A DNA stretch of 64,000 nucleotides, from positions 17,873,365 to 17,937,364 of the forward strand of contig NC_092678.1 in NCBI RefSeq assembly GCF_964355755.1. The letters are read 5' to 3'. Under the pieces are notes generated by a model. That model did no database searches. It was not told the DNA's origin and saw only the letters and a program-made list of their open reading frames with translations. Below, piece by piece: positions 27,801-38,200 of the stretch (positions are counted from its first letter, which is position 1; each line of letters opens with the position of its first letter). The position numbers and the translations under genes are program-made. Source of the stretch: Antedon mediterranea. Lineage: Eukaryota > Animalia > Echinodermata.

Positions 27801-29102
27801 TGTATTTAGCTACAGTGTTTTATTTTAGAATTTTTGCAAGGAGTGTTTCTCTGTTTTAAAAGTATCTTCTATCAAATCGCCTAAAAAAGCCTAATCAGGT
27901 TAATACATTACACTTTTTCAGTAACTTAGGGGTTATTAGTTTACAATACGTCGCGAAACGCGTTACACTTAGCGACTGACGCGTTTATTTTTTTTCAATA
28001 TTTATAATACAATTATGTATTATTAATTTTTAAAAAACATTAAAACCTAAATAACCTACTGAATACAAAATATATTCATTGTATCCTAATTTCAAAATTA
28101 ATATTAAACGGACCCATTTTTTCGAATTAGCATACTCAGGGATGTATGATCCCACAAAAGCATGAAAAAAATACAGATTTTTTATTATTCTTCATTTATC
28201 AGACTTATAATAGGCCTTTTTTTAGTTTTAATAAAGTTAATAAATTCCATAGAAAAGACCGAAATAATAATGTTTCTACTTATAAAAAGACAAAATAAAC
28301 AGATTAATTTCAACACAACCTCATTGAACTGGCAGCGCAGCTAATTTGATTATTTCCTTTTTCAAGTAAATATATTTCTTAAAATCCAATTGGTCTATGT
28401 GAACTCTTATGTGACATTAAAATGGCATATTCAACAAAAAATTCCAAAAAAATTATTTTTTCAAGGGATAAAAAATCTTCAATTCTCATTTTACTTATAT
28501 TTTCAGGTTATAGCCTAAAATGTGAATAATTTCTTGCACCAATTAAATTTAAAAATAACTCAATTACCCGGTGGAACAATTAATGCTGTAACTGTTGCAT
28601 TAAATCCTCTCTTTGTTTGATCCTCATCAGTAGATAAAGCAATCCACATTGTGTTGATGTTGGAAACTAGAGAATCAAATGTTAAACCTGTAAACATAAC
28701 GTTATATTCATTTCCTGCAAATGCTATATTCAAAAAATCATATTCGTCCTCCAGTTGAAAGTCGTTGAACTCAAGATGAATGAATAACCCTGGAGAGGTT
28801 GTAACCATCCATTCACAGTTTAAATTGTTGTCGCAGTTTTTCGGATAATTAGGAGACCAAAATACATATGATGAGTTCTCAGATTCAAGATGAATATCCT
28901 TGTTACATTCTGCAAGAGAAATAAGATAATAATAATACACGGAATGTAGGCCTATTGTTACTATTGTATTGATAGAAAAATAGCGTGATTAGTAATTTAG
29001 GTAATCACAATATTTGATATTTTCAAAATAACTTTAAAGGTAATATATCCGGCTAATCCTGTATATCTAATTGTTATTGATGGTATTAATATGATAGGCC
29101 TA

Positions 29103-29133
<31 letters not shown>

Positions 29134-30272
29134 CAATGATAATAACACTAATGATAATAATAATAGTTCATTCTTATAATAGTGCATATATAATCAAGCT
29201 CTCAATGCGCTGCACATTATTACCGCGGAAATTGTTTTGGATCATACACGTATGGAAACATACTCCCATATTACTAGTTATTTTTTACCTATCCATGTGT
29301 TTTTATAATATAGTTTTAACAACAATTATAGTCTTTCAATCAGCCCGTGCTATACAGTATAAAATAGGGTACACAAAATATATAAAATTACATTAGATTA
29401 CAAATGTGCAAATAGTAATTAATCAGTAATTGCCACGGCCCAGTTATCCCATTTATAAAAGTGTGAATTTTATCAATTATTACCTATTGATGAAAAATAT
29501 TTGATTTCCGTGTATACTTTGGTAAATAAATCGAGTAAGTTTACTACCAGGTGTCCAGTTTTAACTGTACAAGGAAAGTTAGCACCTACTCTTTCGCCAA
29601 AACCTAACTGCACATGCGCCAAAGCTTGGTGTACCAGGTCAATACAATTTACCAATAACATAGCCTTCTTAACTTATGTAAAATTAAATAAACAACAATC
29701 GTCTGACTGAGTCCATGTTATTGTTTAAACTCATAGTCAGACAATTTTTAGTATGTTATGTAGAAACAGAATCACGATTGATCAAGAGAGATAAACCATT
29801 TGTGCAAAATTGTAGCCAATTATAATTTCCAATGGATTCTCAAATGTTATTGATTTAAAAAGACAATTGGTCGGGCAATTGTTGTTTATAATTATGTTCT
29901 ACAGAATTAACCAGTTTTCTGTAGAAAAGAAATGACGGTTGCTCAAGATAGAAATGATTGTGTAAAATTTCGGAGAATTACATTTTTCAATCCACATTAT
30001 AAGTTTAAAAAAAAAATCAGTTGGGCAATTGTTGTTTCTATGTTCTACAGTATTGACCAGTTTTCTGTAGAAAGAGAATCACGGTTGGTAATTGCTCAAT
30101 ATAAAAACGATTATGTAAAATTGTGGAGAATTACGTCTTTCAATCAATTCTTATTTATATTTTTTTGATTTAAAAAGTAAAACAAGTTGAAGTACTTGAA
30201 AGCATACTCACGACTAGAACAGCTTGAAAACGGTACAACAACCAACAACATGATAACGCTAAAGATAAACAT
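1246..30272 (-). CDS. Signal peptide-CUB-LRRNT-LRR receptor-like protein, 5' part only; continues beyond the left edge (possibly a GRL101/LGR-like LRR-GPCR, C-terminus not visible)
   Basis: Exons (minus strand, all GT-AG, phases consistent): 30272-30212 signal peptide MFIFSVIMLLVVVPFSSCSS; 28909-28568 CUB; 26948-26819 LRRNT (CPTGCDCIFNYLSC); six 72-bp LRR exons at 25425-25354, 22503-22432, 18538-18467, 13989-13918, 8182-8111 and 1317-1246. The joined frame has no stops. Confidence 0.85.
1632..4945 (-). mobile_element. L2/CR1-group LINE (APE endonuclease + RT), frameshifted, 5'-truncated
   Basis: ORF pieces: endonuclease (GGGVGIL, NIYRPP, GDFNIH, GHCLDL, SDH), RT (NYRPISNLSF, QSAYK.HHSTETAL, LSAAFDTVDH, VPQGSV, YADDTQ) and C-terminus (LHWLPV, GDRAFS..APRLWNALP). 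Confidence 0.9.
2487..2985 (+). mobile_element. 3' end of a second LINE inserted into the RT of the first
   Basis: SFSFNAPSFFNSL...SFKSLLKKHL C-terminus, pyrimidine-rich 3'UTR and (AAAT)n tail; interrupts the host RT downstream of YADDTQ. Confidence 0.8.
6022..6352 (-). mobile_element. tRNA-derived core SINE (same family as 8670-9023)
   Basis: Reverse-complement match to the 8670-9023 copy over head, core and tail. Confidence 0.85.
8111..8182 (-). CDS. 72-bp LRR exon, type C (YLYENNLQSLPANVFGGLTSLQKL)
   Basis: ag|G...CT|gtaagt; 24-aa typical LRR. Confidence 0.88.
8670..9023 (+). mobile_element. tRNA-derived core SINE (Nin/Deu-like central domain)
   Basis: A box TGGCCGAGCGG, B box GGTTCGAGGCC, core GGATAAGGACTATAAACCGTAGGTCC...GCACTTTAAAGAACCC, A-rich tail. 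Confidence 0.85.
10387..11452. mobile_element. Non-autonomous piggyBac-like DNA transposon inserted in the LINE
   Basis: TTAA at 10383-86 and 11453-56; 14-bp TIR CACTTTGACTGCCA / TGGCAGTCAAAGTG. Confidence 0.8.
12172..12380 (-). mobile_element. tRNA-derived SINE
   Basis: Minus strand GCTCAGTGGTCTAGAG (A box) ... GGGTTCGAGTCCC (B box) followed by non-tRNA body. Confidence 0.65.
13690..14605. repeat. LRR exon+intron duplication unit B (with LINE endonuclease remnant)
   Basis: Matches 22190-23085 and in part 25255-25670; shared remnant SCLM.L.E.WL...LELL.VA.RPFYL. Confidence 0.88.
13918..13989 (-). CDS. 72-bp LRR exon, type B (DLRFNDITTLYEYAFGGLTSLVTL)
   Basis: ag|G...CT|gtaagt; 24-aa typical LRR. 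Confidence 0.88.
16446..18271. mobile_element. Non-autonomous TAG...CTA element (Academ/AcademH-like) as a head-to-tail partial dimer with a 9-bp TSD
   Basis: TSD ACAGGAGCT at 16437-45 and 18272-80 (single copy at the paralogous empty site ~1047); truncated copy 16446-17308 plus full copy 17309-18271; terminal hairpins. Confidence 0.75.
18467..18538 (-). CDS. 72-bp LRR exon, type A (YLYSNQITTLPANVFHGLTSLTEL)
   Basis: cag|G...CT|gtgagt; 24-aa typical LRR. Confidence 0.88.
22432..22503 (-). CDS. 72-bp LRR exon, type B (DLRSNKITTLHENAFVGLTSLVTL)
   Basis: ag|G...CT|gtaagt; 24-aa typical LRR. Confidence 0.88.
24797..24880. repeat. Perfect 84-bp palindrome centred on (AT)29
   Basis: CAGATTCTGAAAG-(AT)29-CTTTCAGAATCTG. 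Confidence 0.9.
25354..25425 (-). CDS. 72-bp LRR exon, type B (DLSSNGITTLYENAFGGLTSLVIL)
   Basis: ag|G...CT|gtaagt; 24-aa typical LRR. Confidence 0.88.
26819..26948 (-). CDS. LRR N-terminal cap exon (phase 1-2)
   Basis: EQLIFLTQICPTGCDCIFNYLSCRKYTTAESVRNYNNHQPITFL; CPxxCxC-x5-C LRRNT motif; 130 bp with canonical splice sites. Confidence 0.8.
28568..28909 (-). CDS. CUB-domain exon (phase 1-1) of the CUB-LRR gene
   Basis: CNKDIHL..SPNYPKN.DNNLNCEW....PG..IHLEFNDFQLE..YDFL.I.....TMWI.LSTD.....GFNATV; acceptor tgcag, donor gtaatt. Confidence 0.9.
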
Positions 30273-32216
30273 CTTGTTACGTATTTCAGTACTGATTCGT
30301 TGAAGATTTCCGCAATTCCGTAAGTTCACTCACTCGTATCCGCGAATGAAACTTACCTCCGTGATTCTTTCCAACTTATAACACTTGTTTTTGGTGGTCT
30401 TCATTAAATTATGATATTGCTGTTAGACAATTTACAACATTGATTAGATAAATTGTATCACCAGGCCTATACTAAATAAAGTATGAGTTTGTTACTGATG
30501 TTGCATGCATTATGTTGTTCTACAATAATTTTAACCTTCATACGATTATACTAAGATCTGGTTGCGTTGTTCTTCGATCGTGTTGTTAAGTTTGTAAACG
30601 TTTAATTGAATTATCAGATATATCCTTTGATTAATAATTTATTTGTTTACAAACCGTTGAGAGAAGATTGATACGAGTCCATCTGTTAAAGTCTTCATTT
30701 TGCCATTAGTTGTATACATAATGCATATAATATACATAAACGTATTTCATCGTAATATTTATGTTTCAAAGAAGTAATAATTATTAAATCTTCTTATGTG
30801 CTTTAGATAAAATATCTATGTTTAGCCAAAAGTAGTAAATGTTTGTTTCATTATGTTCATGTCAAACGCACACATAGTTGTTATTCATATTAGTGGAGTT
30901 GATGAATCAAATTATTTCAATACTAAAAATTAACTCCTTTGCTAACGTACTGTTAGATAAATTGTTGATAAATAAATCATGATAACAACCTCATTGTTTC
31001 TCAATTGAACGCAACGTAAGAACGTAGACGCAACGCAAACGAGTTGACCAATGACAAGCGACAGTTCGAATAATCCATCGCTTGTGATTGGTCAAATCCC
31101 TCACGTTGCGCTAAGCTTAGTTCTCACTTGGACGCATCGTAAGAACGTAGACACAACGCAAGCGAGCAGTGACCAATGACAAGCGAAAGTTCGAATAATC
31201 CATCGCTTGTGATTGGTCAAATCCCTTACGTTGTGTGTCTAGTGAGAACGAAGTACAAATAAATATAGCGTAAAGCTTGGTTCCAACTTCATCAACAGAC
31301 AGTTTACATTGTTTATCTTCAAGATGCCAAAGAGGCTTGTCTTTGTAGTCTAAGCATGAAACATAAAACATAGACAGACGCATTACAATTACAAAAAAAT
31401 GACATTTTGAGACAGAAAAAGAAAAAATACAAAGTGAGATCAACGCAAGGACGTAACGCAACGCAAAGTGATTTGACCAATCTCAAGCGATGGATAATTC
31501 CAACAGTCGAGTGTGATTGGTCAACTTGCTTGCCTTGCGTCTACGTCCTTGCGCTGCGTCCTAGTGGGAACCGAGCTGTGTTTCCCCCGCAGCGTAACAC
31601 AAATGATCATTCAACCAAACAGATGATTAAAGCAAAAATAAATTGCGCATGAACAGTCATTACCGGACACAAGTGTCCAATCACAACGCAACAATGTGTC
31701 TTTTATGTAAAAAAAGTATTGCATTTATCCGAAATATCTGATTTTTCAGGAACTTTATCGGTTAAATTGTATCGATAAATATCTTATTTAATTTAATTAT
31801 ATCTTAATTATCTTATCTTATTTTTCCTATTTTGATATTTCAATGTAAATGTCATTGTATGCCTATTATTAACTGTAGTTTAGCGCGTCTCGCTGACCTG
31901 GTTTAATGTTTTTAATATCAAAGCGTCAACAATTGCAGGGAAGGACCATAGGTAAACCCGATTGTTTACATTTTATTTTCTGAACTATTTATTCTGTATA
32001 AATATGTTTTAAATAAATGAAATAAAAACGTTTTAAAAGTTTATTCAATATTGCCGTTATGCACCGCCAACAACATTTTATTATTTATTTTTAAAGAAAG
32101 TTTATGCTTTCTTGTCGACAATAGAGGGCCTCCCATATAAACTGTGATGGCGACGCCCATGAAACTAATAAAGGTCTTTCAGTTCACCGAATGATTGTTG
32201 TAAATAAACAACAACA

Positions 32217-35200
32217 ATGTTTCGAGCTTTGTATGACTATCAAAGTAAAGATGGGAAGTCTATGAACTTTCAGAAAGGGCAACGGTTTACCTTGCTTGAC
32301 AAAAGCAACGGTCATTGGTGGCAAGTTATGTCCGATCAGTCCGGTACGGTAGGATACGTACCGGCGAATTATGTCACAAAAGATGAGGTAAGGACGGTCT
32401 GTTGTCGTGCAGTATGATGGATGGATGGAAGTGGGATGTGTTTGGCCTAGCTAGCTAGCCTAGCTACATGAAGATCTATAGGTCTAAAGAAATTGGCTAT
32501 GAATCTAGACCAGGGAGAGAAGTGACTGCCCTGCTGCATCATAGCCTAGGCCTTCTTTCTCTATTTATCAAACATTTAATCACATGGATAGAAATTGAAA
32601 CACAGCATGCGTGCGATGTAGGGGAGGGCCTATCTAGGCCTAGGCGGCCAGGCTAGGCCTACTGTAGGCGACCAGGCTAGGCTGTATCTACTAGGTCTAG
32701 GCCTAGAGACTAATAGGGCCTAGGCCTAGCTAGGTAGGCTCATGACACAAATGTATTGCTTTTGTCTACGATCATGTAAAAACCGTAAAATATAACGAAA
32801 ATGATTAGGCCTAGATCAGTGGTAGGTTTTTAGTCGCGTGGACACTATGTCGGTCGGTCTGTCAGTTTGTCTGTCGGTCTGTCTGTCGGTCCGGTATCAC
32901 TATGCATTGTATTGTAGCACGCGACTTAATGGCTGTTGGCCTTGTTTATAAAAAAAAAGGATCCAGCACATCTTCTATAATCTTAATGCACTTGTTTGTT
33001 TGTTTTATCTTTATACTGGGTGACCTCTTCAGTCAAAGACTGATCTCCCAGAGGGCCCAGTTGGTGATCAGTGGCTGTGATGTACTAATACACCGGGGTA
33101 ACCCCCTACTCGTCTCGAAAGATGTACTAGGTTCTTTAAAGTGCACACGAGCAAGTTGTGTACACTGGACCTACGGTTTATAGTCCTTATCCGAGAAGAC
33201 TCGTTCTACCACCAGAACCATGGAGTGAGTGAGCCTCGAACCCCTGCCGATGTTATGGCTACGTGATTACGGTTCCACTGTCTTAACCGCTCGGCCACTC
33301 ACTCACTTGTCAATTGTATGACCCACTATACGACCTCCGGGCGAGGTGTGTCATTTGTCCAAAGTATGCACCCGTGTGTAAAAAAATATGTATTACCTTT
33401 AGGTGACCATGACGCACTGTGACCATGTTGTTTATTATATGGTGGGTGGTAGAGTGACATTGACACACCATTGTCCATTGATATGATGTACCATCTAGGT
33501 TTTTTGATGCATTCTTGTGTCAATAATTATTTGTAAATGACGCACTTCTCCTGGGGGTCGTATAGTGGGTCATTTTGACAATGTGCATAATTGTCTGATG
33601 TGCGTCATTTAACATATTAAGAACATTACCTTGTTGGTTATAATATAGTGGGTGAGTGGTAGAGTGACATACATTGAAAATGCCATTGTTTATTGATGTA
33701 ACCTACCATTTAGGTTTTTTGTTGCACCCCTGCGTCAATAATTATTTGTAAATGATGCACCCATAACGCACCTCTCCCGGGAGTCGTATTGTGAGTCATT
33801 CGATTGAAAAGGTGCATTACACAAAATGTAATGTTCGTAATTATGGTATACTGTAGGTGCACGCCTACTAAAAGCACATTTAGTATTAATAAATGTTATT
33901 ATTTTATATTTAAATTTTATACCATTTTTTTAAACAACTAACATTGGAAGTTATCAATTACACCAGTCACCTGTGTGATGTGCCCAAATATGGTAATGAC
34001 ATGCCCAAATATGGTAGTGATATGCCCAAATATGGTAATGACATGCCCAAATATGGTAGTGATATGCCCAAATATGGTAGTGATATGCCCAATATGGTAG
34101 TAATATGCCCAAATATGGAAGTGATATGCCCAAATATGGTAGTGATATGCCCAAATATGGTAGTGATATGACATCGTCATGTCCATATATGGGCAACATT
34201 ACATTTAATTACATAAACGTATTGCTATGTGTAATAATAAATAAAAAATAAGTGGCTTTTGTTATTTTGAATCTTTATTTTTAACGTTATTTTATATTTT
34301 TTGTTGTTGTAGGATGCATGCATGTAAGAACTTATCAGATTTTGTAAATCCATAGTGCGTGGTTTTGTTACATTTTTTGGAATAAAGTAACCTATATACA
34401 TATATATGTGTAATAATACATCATTGATGGATGGACGTTTGAGATGATGTACAGTGAACCATTCCAATGTTGTGTTGTAACATAAGTGATCATGTTCGTT
34501 GTGTGTGTTTAAATGCAGGTTTACATACTGTGTGTTAATTTATAATTACCAACTTTGTCCTTAAGCTCTGTCTACACTAGATGTGACAAAAAAAATGTGA
34601 TGCGCCCAAATAAGGTATTCCCAAATGTGGTAGTGATATGACATCATCGTATCCATATATGGGCACATCACACTTTTTTTGTCACATAAAGTTTGAACTT
34701 TATAATCTAATTTCATTATTAGGGATGTACATATGATTTCAGAACCATCGCGAGATTAAGGATATTGATGCATGCACTAATTTTATAGTAACCCTAACCC
34801 TTATTGTAATCGAAGCATGAGGCAGTATTAAAGCATTTCTTCTTAAAAGCAAAAGTTTATTAAAGCCTAGTTATGAACCAGCTCGATTTGTGTGCCATTT
34901 CAAAGTGATTTTTAATGAAACATGCATTTTGTACAAACACATGTGATGATCACACATTTGTCATGCATTTATCAAGTCTATGCATGACTATTTTGTATAC
35001 TATTTGAGAGGAAATTCATTCAAATTTATTAAAAATATAAAACTGTTAAAAAAATCTGGAATAAAATACAATGGCGCGGTGGTGTTGTTATCATCTATGG
35101 CCGCCACAACAGTTTACATGCAAATCCGACCAGCCCTCTTTCTTGCACACGCTTGTTGAAACAAAAATGAAGAAAAAATCTAAAAGTGCCATTGTCTAGA

Positions 35201-38200
35201 CCCTACAGGCGGTTCTAGAATTCCCTGTCCTTCCCCATTAAAAAAATGTCACGCATTTCAAATCTCTCAGACTCTATGACCCAATTTACACTTACGATTT
35301 GAACTGGCCCTAAGTCGGCAATCGATAAGTGTAAAAACTTCATACAGTTAGGCCAGCCCTGGGCCGGATGCAGACCTGGACCACCTCTTGAGGTGGGTCC
35401 AGTAGCGGCTTTTATGTTTGGGCTGGCTTATAAAGTGAACCATGACCAATGGCTTAAGAAAATGTAAATTAATCCTCTCAGGTTTTGCGAACGCAAGTGT
35501 AAACACGCTAAGAACAGGGTTGAAAAACTTGTACCCGATCCTGGAGCGTCACAGGACCCAATCATAATGTGAAATAGGGTCTATTTATGTTAAATCACAA
35601 ATTAATTATTTTATGTGTTTTTAGTTACCATCAGATCAAGTTCTTGCGTCTATTGATCGTGCAATGGAGTTCCTTCATATAGCAGCAACCAATAAGAATG
35701 GGGTTTACACAGCTGAACAAAGAAAAAGCTTACAGTTAAGTGTGTTAAGTTAACCAAGGCAATCCTAACAGCAGGATGCTGAGCTCTGGAGATCAAAGGG
35801 TTTATCTGTGGCTGCGACACAATCAGTTCCACACGTCTTAACAGACACAGCGCGCCGCAGACAATGTACATTGTTGGTATTTGTCGCAGCCAGACATAAG
35901 ATCAAAGTTCCTATGTTGGCAAGGCAAGCTCAGTGTCCTGTTGTTAGATTGCCTTAGTTTAATAAGAATAATAATAGTGTTCAATTTATATAGCGCAAAT
36001 TGCAGGGCGCCTCTACTAACCGCTGAACAATCAACAGAAAATGTGAAAAGCACTAATTAATTAATAAGTTAATTAATTAGCCACACAGAGTAGTAACTAT
36101 CATGTTGAACCAGTTACTGTTTCTGGATTGAATTAGGTCAGGGGTCATCAACAGTTTTCCATTGTAGGCCTATATTTAATTTACAAATAATCTTGCCAGC
36201 CACTTTTAGCAAACAGAGTGTCTTAGTGCTGCACTCGTCCATACTTAAGCTCTGTCTACACTATCAAACTAATTTGACAAAAAAAGTGTGATTTGCCCAA
36301 ATATGGTAGTAATATGACATCATCATGTCCATATTGGCACATCACATTTGTTTGTCGCATAAAGTTTGATAGTGTAGACAGAGCTTTGGTTGAATCTCTT
36401 TCAATGAAAATGTTGCTCCTTATTCAACATTAGCATAATATTTCTATATTAGTAATTAGTATACCCTGTACTTCATTATTACTTTTGTTAGTGTAACTTA
36501 GTAACCTATGTATACTTTACAAACTTGCATACATGCCAACATCTGAATTAAAAAAATCGGGAAGTGGTGTTTTTTTTAGGTCAACAGCACCCTCTATCTA
36601 TTATCGAGAGGTAAGGAGTGCAGTGTGTAACGTCACAAACAGTATTGCGTGGTGGCTATGTGAGGGGAATCCCCTTTCCGTTGTGAAGAAAATAAAAAAA
36701 TGATGACCGCAGATGGTCATACAATGGTTTAAATATCATAAATTTGCTTGTGTAAGCCTTTTTGTTATATTTTTACACAGAAAACCACACAAATACATCA
36801 AAATTCAGTTATCTTTGTAACCCAGAGAAAATGTGGAAAACCGGGAGCACAATATTAGGCCGGAAGACAAGTCTAAAATACGGGAGTCTCCCGGCCAAAA
36901 CGGGAGTGTTAGCATGTATGAAGTTGTATGCAGAAGGGCCTTACTAATCAATTTTAATCTTTTTGTAGGAAGCTTGTTGAACATCGTCAAACCATCATGC
37001 GTGAACAGCTAGGTGAAAATGTACCTCAACCAAAAAGAGTAGCACCAGCAGCGCCCCCTAGCCAACTATCATCCTCTCAACAAACTCGAAACTCATTTAC
37101 AAAAGACAACACGCCTCCGACGTCACCACAAAACTCACCTGTCAAACGAGCATCTAGTACTAAATCAATTAAAGCGCCCTCACCTCCAGCGCAACAAGTG
37201 CAATCTGTAATCCCCGTTCCACCTCCAGACTCAACGTCGCAATCGTCAACATCGCAGCCTGTTGATGCTTCCACGAGTCCTATGCCATCACCCGCACGAA
37301 AATACCGAGCACCATTATCACCACGTGAACTTGCAAAGTCACCAACCATGGAGTCGTTGATTAGTCCAACACACAGAGCGCGCTCAGACAGTGCAATAGC
37401 TTCAAATCTTGGTCCTGAATTAGTTGAAATGGTGCGAGTTAACACAAACCTCAGTTTTAATAAATCTAAAGTGGCTGTTGCCATGGTGTTGAATCATGTT
37501 AAAGATTCCGTGCCAAGTGTTGCCATGGTAATGGAGAATATTATAAAAACATTGAATACAGTAAGTTAATCAAAATGTTTATTTTTCAATTATATCAGTT
37601 ATATTTACTTATTGTTATATTTATTTACATAATTAATTTTGAGGGTAATGTCAGTACAGTCAACTCTCCTAATACCGGACACCTTTGGGCTGGCCAAATA
37701 TGTCTGGTTTTCCGGAAATTTTGGTATTCGGAATGTGTTTTTATTGGTAAAAATAAATTTTGGACCTTTTGAACTTCAAGAAAAATCTGGTATTGGAAGA
37801 GTTTCTGGTGTTCAGAGAGTCGACATAGATTTTTCTCCTATCAAACCACTATTTAAAGATCAACCTCATAATAATAATAGCATATGATTGCTTGCAAAGC
37901 TAAATTATCAACTGTTGTATATTAATAATATATCATATTTCCCAAGAGAGTTCCTATTTGTACAGTTAGTTAGTTTACAAAAACAGTTATTTCTCAAACA
38001 ATATTTGATGAATGTCCTCATAATAATATTCAACATCCAACAATATTTTGCTTAGTGGTATGAATTACAGTATATTGGCATACTGTATCAAAAATTCATA
38101 CCAAGTATACAAATTACCATGTTAATTATGATACCATAGATGATCTAGAAGGCACGCTGTTCAGCCCTCTTATCCCTAAAGATAGAATACAATGCAAAAG

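Noticed and set aside
37077-37484. 135-aa antisense ORF, plus other short ORF-track entries (33938-34199, 54937-55266, 29091-29396)
   Set aside because: Shadows of real exons or products of simple repeats; no domain signal.
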